Shown: piece by piece, positions 59,901-64,000 of the stretch
Position numbering within the stretch: position 1 is the stretch's first letter
How the letters are laid out: each line of letters opens with the position of its first letter
Made by a program: the position numbers and the translations under genes
The notes under the pieces: generated by a model
Databases searched by the model: none
Seen by the model: only the letters and a program-made list of their open reading frames with translations
What the model was told of the DNA's origin: nothing
IMG/VR virus record: IMGVR_UViG_3300002143_000235
Span: 1-64,000 of that record
Strand: one strand, 5' to 3'
Length of the DNA stretch: 64,000 nt

Positions 59901-60179
59901 AAGGGTGTAATTGATGGTGAAATTTTAATCAATAATCGAAAGAAAGACGTGATTATAAAAGATCTTGAAACAATGGACTTTATGAAAATTAATGATAGTT
60001 ATGATTACCTCTTGAACATCCCAGTTTATCACTTTACGACTGAAAAGTTTGATGAATACAAAAAGATGGCAAAAAATATGCGATTAGAACTTAAAGAATA
60101 CAAATTGATGAATCCTGCTGATATATGGCAGAAAGATTTAAAGGAACTTGAAGAACAACTGATTAAGGCTGGTTATTAA
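56931..60179 (+). CDS. type IIA DNA topoisomerase, single-chain (B+A fused)
   Basis: RPDTYVGS, GRNGLG, AEGDSA, PLKGK, MTDADVDG, YYKGLGT, DGFKPSQRK, YHHGE, catalytic SPRYIFT. Confidence 0.96.
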   Translation: MAKEKSIEDVYKKLSQEEHVLVRPDTYVGSVIPQEKMMWCYENDAIIKRNVRYIPAFLKLFDEILTNASDHVQRGGKVKNIKVNITDDWKITVWNDGTGIPVVLHKEHNVYIPELIFGHLLTGSNYDDDDERFGAGRNGLGSKLVSIFSKEFVIDCADGKKHYFQTFSNNLAIKSVPEIKASKQSYTSISYLTDFDRLPIKGLERDTLALCMKRMLDIAVYNPTVNVYFNDELIKINNLADWCQMHIDNDDELFLETVNDRWSIGLAQSKSDVFDHCSIVNGNTTWQGGTHVDAIMNQVVKKLVEDLTKGNKGIKIKPVDVKNKFHLFLVCKVANPTFDTQTKENLTIKIQDKFELSEKLYKQLMKSEIIKSIIEWVQLREQAELNKLNKKSAGKTVRIEKLVDAHKAGTNEGHKCSIILAEGDSALQSVLSGLSVVGRDYFGVFPLKGKVLNVRDVKISRITDNEEIRKILQFIGLVPGKKYESLSELRYGRVIFMTDADVDGTSIKGLLINFIHNFWPELLELGFCFEFITPIVVARKAKLVKEYYNLSNYHTDKENGKLNGYTIKYYKGLGTIKGEEIKIMFKDLNKHLIPFEYNAIRDNDKIDMVFRKDRANDRREWLLGYKGEIIPDKFGKSNRIDEFIDTEFIQFSNADNIRSIPGMIDGFKPSQRKIMFAAFKKLGHTERDEIKVAQFGAYTAEVSSYHHGEVSLMQAIVGMAQDFVGANNLSLLMPSGQFGTRTNPSASASPRYIFTYLNPLTRYIFRKEDDSILNYLNEDGQNIEPEFYLPIIPMLLVNGAAGIGTGWSTDIPKYDPMDLIEIVKRKLVKENLKYQVSPSYKGWKGELDWNEEKNSYTSKGIFKTSKKGVIVTELPIDISTDKFIATLDKLVDEKKIKSYIDNSTDTTVNVEVVLNGVSKDVAGLLKLSNSISMNNMNTFLDNKIVKWTTTEDMINTWIDIRLSWYEKRKIQWMSVLEQQFDRYDNLLGFIKGVIDGEILINNRKKDVIIKDLETMDFMKINDSYDYLLNIPVYHFTTEKFDEYKKMAKNMRLELKEYKLMNPADIWQKDLKELEEQLIKAGY

Positions 60180-60203
60180 ACCGGCTTTTGTCATATATAC
60201 AGT

Positions 60204-60713
60204 ATGATAACAACGATTAATGAATGGCGCATATTTAATGAATCACAAGAACGTGTGACGATCTTGATGCGTGGTATTCCAGGATCTGGAAAATCTACAC
60301 GTGCCAAACAATTAGTAGGTAATGGTGTTATTCATTCTACAGATGATCTGATAGAAGCACAGGGCGATTATAATGATTTTTTTGCTAAAATGATTGAAGC
60401 AAAAGATTTTACACCACTCATCGAGTTACATGGGAAAAATCTAGCCAATGCAATTGAATCTATGAAATCTGAAATATCACCAGTCATCATAGATAACACA
60501 AATCTCAAAATGGTGGATGTTAAGCCGTATGTCGTAGCTGCACAAGAATTAGGATATGTTATTGTGATAGAAGATATTGGAACAGGTGGATTAACAGCTG
60601 AAGAATTAGCTGCTCGAAATACACATGCTGTACCATTGAATGTTATCGAGAATATGATCAAAACACATCAAGCTGAAAGTCCTTTTACAGTTGAAAGAAT
60701 TCTAAACGCTTGA
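60204..60713 (+). CDS. AAA_33/N4BP2-like polynucleotide-kinase-fold protein with leader
   Basis: MITTINEWRIFNES; MRGIPGSGKST, IIDNTN, RNTHAVP. Confidence 0.8.
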   Translation: MITTINEWRIFNESQERVTILMRGIPGSGKSTRAKQLVGNGVIHSTDDLIEAQGDYNDFFAKMIEAKDFTPLIELHGKNLANAIESMKSEISPVIIDNTNLKMVDVKPYVVAAQELGYVIVIEDIGTGGLTAEELAARNTHAVPLNVIENMIKTHQAESPFTVERILNA

Positions 60714-61337
60714 TTATTTGAAATCGTTTGGTCCTACTGGTTGAAAGTTTTGAATATTTTCAGCAATCTGAAAAGCTGAATTAATTATAGGTACAAGATC
60801 ACTTGTGATGATATCTGTTGTAAGTCTGTGTCCGAAATGTGCATAATGTACATTACCTGGAAATTGTTTTTCACACAGTTTTGAGCAATTTACTATATCG
60901 TCTTGTGTTCCAATAAGGACATGTGTACTTTTTCGATCTTCCCAACTCATATTATTGAACTGAGTAGATTGAAGTCTATACAATTCTGTCATCTGAGCTT
61001 CTGTAAATATTACATCAGTTTCATTGTTTACACGTCTATTGTGAAATATGTGCCCACCAGGATAGATTACTTTTGTAGGTATTTCGAAAGCTGGATTTAC
61101 AAGTATTTTATTTGTGCCGTGTAGTAAATTTGCGTAGAATCCACCCAATGATGTACCAATGATCAGATCAGGCTTTTCAGACGATACCAAAGCATGAAGC
61201 ATAGTTATAGCTTCAGTAGGATCTACTGGTATATCTGGAGTGATAAATGTAGAATTAGGAAATGCACGTTGAAGAAAATTCGACGTGGTGGAGATGCCAG
61301 CAGATAACCAGCCATGTATGTAGAGTATTTTTTTCAT
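60714..61337 (-). CDS. YqiA/YcfP-like alpha/beta hydrolase
   Basis: LYIHGWLS, GTSLGG, LVNPA, QDD, FGH. Confidence 0.85.
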   Translation of the reverse strand: MKKILYIHGWLSAGISTTSNFLQRAFPNSTFITPDIPVDPTEAITMLHALVSSEKPDLIIGTSLGGFYANLLHGTNKILVNPAFEIPTKVIYPGGHIFHNRRVNNETDVIFTEAQMTELYRLQSTQFNNMSWEDRKSTHVLIGTQDDIVNCSKLCEKQFPGNVHYAHFGHRLTTDIITSDLVPIINSAFQIAENIQNFQPVGPNDFK

Positions 61338-61372
61338 ATTGTTTTACATTACAAATATAACAACATTTTTTG

Positions 61373-61900
61373 TTATATAATATTTCCAATAAGCATTTTT
61401 TCTATTTCTTTTCCAGCTATAAGACGTGTATAATGAAATCCATCCGGATTTAAATTCAATAATTCTTTGTTAAGTATCTCACCAACAAGTGTATTAGGTA
61501 CAGGTAATCCACCCATTTTTAACATTTTATTTTCAAGAGCACCACTAACTTCAGCCCATGCATTACGATCAATCATACGCAAATCTTCTTCAAGAATATG
61601 AAATAACCATTGTTTTCCCAACATGGAACCATCGCTTCCACCTCCAACTAGTTTACGTCCTCGAAGATTTTTATATACTGCAACAGCAACAACTTTACCG
61701 CCCTTTTTAACAAGTTTCCAAAGCCATGACTCTGCTATTAATGATTCTACATCAGGTGCTGATAAAAATCCACCAATAGGAGCATAACTCATCTGTAGAA
61801 TATCCCAAACTTCATTAGCATATTTACGCATGTCGTCTTGAAATAAGTTCACAAATCCTTCGTGTATATGATCCCTGTAATCATTATATAATGTTATCAT
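61373..61900 (-). CDS. leader-family protein
   Basis: MITLYNDYRDHIHEG; TATATAA upstream. Confidence 0.65.
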   Translation of the reverse strand: MITLYNDYRDHIHEGFVNLFQDDMRKYANEVWDILQMSYAPIGGFLSAPDVESLIAESWLWKLVKKGGKVVAVAVYKNLRGRKLVGGGSDGSMLGKQWLFHILEEDLRMIDRNAWAEVSGALENKMLKMGGLPVPNTLVGEILNKELLNLNPDGFHYTRLIAGKEIEKMLIGNII

Positions 61901-61968
61901 ACATTATATAGATAAAATTGACAATCTATTTTCAATGTTTTGATATATAAAAAAAATGTTTCAAATAG

Positions 61969-63051
61969 ATGATAACAATATTTAATGAATTCAAACAATC
62001 ATTGGTGAAACCAACATCTCAAATTAATGAGAGTTCTGAAAATACATATGCAAAAGGTTTAAGTGATATAAATGAACCGCGTCCATCAAGGATGAAAGCA
62101 CCAAGTAGTGAATATCCACATGAATTCCCACTTTTTAATAGTAGAAATCCGCGTGGTGGATTATATATTCAAGATCAAATGAATGACATGTTTATTGATA
62201 AATATGGTGAAGAACGTGGAAATGCAATGTTCCAGGGTATTTTAAATGCACCTAAACATGGGGCATTTTTTCAATTAGGAGATAAGATTGCACGTGAAAA
62301 ATCAACAATGATTAATGATCTTGGAATTGCATATGGTCCAGGTACAGATTTTAATGGTGATTATTTTATGTATTCATATTTTTCGCTTTGGAAGGCTTGG
62401 ATGGATAAGAATGGCTACAAATATGTCATTCCAACTCCGGAGGAAACAGAAGCAAAGAAAGCAATGAAAATTGCAGCTGAAGAACTTGCTAAAGAACAAG
62501 AACGTCAAGCAGAAGTAACAAGACGTAATGAGGGCAATAAAAAAATATTTGATAGTAAAATGCAAGCATTAAGACAACGTTTTGGAAAACTACTTGACAT
62601 TAAACCTGATGCAAAAGATTTAGATCGCCTTAAAAATATAACTACAAAAAGTCCTTGGTCAATGGAAACTTTTGTTCAGAAGATGTCTAACTCTATTAAA
62701 GATGCTACAAAAGCAGCAAGACGTGGAACAGCTATTATTTCATTAATTGGAACAAATGTATCAAAATATAATGCACTTGATCTTGCTGAAATATTTTTTA
62801 AAAGAGCATTACAATTAGGAGCTGTAACAGAAGGATTAGTATATGAAGCTATCATGCAATCAACCGATGAATATGATGTAAAAACTATCAATCTTAATAC
62901 ACATACCTACATGTATGGTAATTCTAAAATACAAAGAAAAATTGATTCTTATGTCAAAGCCAACAACTTAACACGTTTTGATAATGAATGGCAATATGGT
63001 GCACATCTTGATGGAACATTTAATGTTAATTTCAAAGTTTTAAAACAATGA
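61969..63051 (+). CDS. putative head-internal polyprotein
   Basis: MITIFNEFKQ..QINES; internal LVYEA. Confidence 0.7.
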   Translation: MITIFNEFKQSLVKPTSQINESSENTYAKGLSDINEPRPSRMKAPSSEYPHEFPLFNSRNPRGGLYIQDQMNDMFIDKYGEERGNAMFQGILNAPKHGAFFQLGDKIAREKSTMINDLGIAYGPGTDFNGDYFMYSYFSLWKAWMDKNGYKYVIPTPEETEAKKAMKIAAEELAKEQERQAEVTRRNEGNKKIFDSKMQALRQRFGKLLDIKPDAKDLDRLKNITTKSPWSMETFVQKMSNSIKDATKAARRGTAIISLIGTNVSKYNALDLAEIFFKRALQLGAVTEGLVYEAIMQSTDEYDVKTINLNTHTYMYGNSKIQRKIDSYVKANNLTRFDNEWQYGAHLDGTFNVNFKVLKQ

Positions 63052-63332
63052 TAACCTCAATCAACGAATGGCAAAAGATAAATGAGGAATTTCCACCGAG
63101 TAATTTTGATGATGTTGAATCAATATCTGACACAAAGTGTAGTGAATTTACCCCAGAAGAATTGGATCAAGCCTTAGGTTTCTTGGTTAATTATGGAATG
63201 GATTATATTGAGAATGAAGGAAGTGTTTATGAATTTATTCAAAATAGAGATGAAGATAATCTAAATGATGAAAGTGTCAAAAAGATGCTTGACTTATTAA
63301 TACGAATTAGAGCCAAATATGAAGGATCTTAA
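63048..63332 (+). CDS. putative head-internal protein (leader family)
   Basis: MITSINEWQKINEE. Confidence 0.7.
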   Translation: MITSINEWQKINEEFPPSNFDDVESISDTKCSEFTPEELDQALGFLVNYGMDYIENEGSVYEFIQNRDEDNLNDESVKKMLDLLIRIRAKYEGS

Positions 63333-63337
63333 ATAGA

Positions 63338-63364
63338 AAAGGAGAGCAATTGCTCTCCTTTTTC
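63338..63364. terminator. bidirectional terminator
   Basis: aaaaggagag-caattg-ctctcctttttt. Confidence 0.85.
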
Positions 63365-63365
63365 A

Positions 63366-63743
63366 TTATAGTTTGTCTTTAGTAACATAGACAGTGATTG
63401 TCTTCTCTTTCGGAAAGACTTCAGGACCAATTGTATCAGCAGCTATACCATTATATGATGTGTAATATCCAGAAATTCTGATGAAAACATCGTGACGCTC
63501 AAAATAAAAAACCCCCCACCAATCTTCATTTTCATGAGATCCACTTGAATCCACTTCTTTGAATGGACCAAAGTCTTCAAGTTTTACTGCATTTTCGTCT
63601 TGTTCATCATCATCATCGTCATCAAAACTATGACGATCATCGTAATCTTCATCAGCAATTTCGTTTGCATCGATATCCGAGTTCCATAACAGCTCAAGGA
63701 TTTGATCCCCGGTAAGTTTTCCTTCTGGAATTTTTGTTGACAT
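63366..63743 (-). CDS. acidic hypothetical protein, paralog of upstream partial ORF
   Basis: YFERHDVFIRISGYYTSYNG..EVFPKEKTITVY. Confidence 0.7.
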   Translation of the reverse strand: MSTKIPEGKLTGDQILELLWNSDIDANEIADEDYDDRHSFDDDDDDEQDENAVKLEDFGPFKEVDSSGSHENEDWWGVFYFERHDVFIRISGYYTSYNGIAADTIGPEVFPKEKTITVYVTKDKL

Positions 63744-63765
63744 TGTATTGTTTATTAATTGTTAC

Positions 63766-64000
63766 TTATTCATAAACTGTAATCATTACTTTTTTAGGAC
63801 GAACTTCTTCACCGTATCCATTTTCAAATTCTGCCCCTTCGTATGATGTATAATATCCAGTAGTTTTGATGTAAACATCGTGATCTTCAAAATATTTTAC
63901 AGAGTACCAGTCATCACCTTGACCTTCACCACCATACTGATCAACTTCTTCCCAAAGTCCAAGACCTTCCAGATTTTTGTTGAAATCACACCCTGCAAAT
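63766..64000 (-). CDS. hypothetical protein, 5' end off window, paralog of 63366-63743
   Basis: hand translation ..YFEDHDVYIKTTGYYTSYEG..EVRPKKVMITVYE*. Confidence 0.7.
   Translation of the reverse strand, partial: FAGCDFNKNLEGLGLWEEVDQYGGEGQGDDWYSVKYFEDHDVYIKTTGYYTSYEGAEFENGYGEEVRPKKVMITVYE

Noticed and set aside
1-64000. Stop-codon reassignment (alternative genetic code)
   Set aside because: Conserved genes (nrdA, nrdB, topoisomerase, gp46-like) are uninterrupted in code 11 and no suppressor tRNA is present.

Overview
64 kb from an AT-rich, densely coding T4-superfamily-like (jumbo) myophage genome. A Bacteroidota host is likely: TATATTTG (-7) promoter elements are present and Shine-Dalgarno sites are not obvious. 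The window encodes nucleotide metabolism genes (nrdAB, ThyA-family enzyme, dCMP deaminase, dNMP kinase, several Nudix proteins) and replication/recombination genes (gp32-like SSB, RadA-like ATPase, RuvC-like resolvase, gp46/SbcC, single-chain type IIA topoisomerase, family-A polymerase-like protein). It also carries virion structural genes, SmpB, a tRNA cluster and two putative homing endonucleases. Four unusual systems stand out. (1) A mobile cassette at the nrdB 3' end has replaced the essential APQETEIISY tail with APQQTQIISY (E350Q/E352Q in E. coli numbering). It carries a Cys-His-Asp papain/transglutaminase-like gene and a GIY-YIG nuclease fused to the displaced authentic tail, suggesting post-translational Gln-to-Glu repair of ribonucleotide reductase and an addiction mechanism. 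(2) Leader-peptide attenuators precede the tRNA genes, and their control codons match the downstream tRNAs (a Gln-run leader before tRNA-Gln; a Val/Ala/Gly/Gln leader before tRNA-Val/Val/Gly/Ala). (3) More than 20 unrelated proteins share an MITTINE(W/F)...(I/L/F)xE N-terminal leader resembling the T4 capsid-targeting sequence, on cargo that includes a CBASS-type NUDIX domain. (4) The ThyA homolog has Asp at the invariant Asn177 position (the dCMP-specificity switch) and lies next to dCMP deaminase. All family assignments come from motif recognition by eye; no database searches were run.
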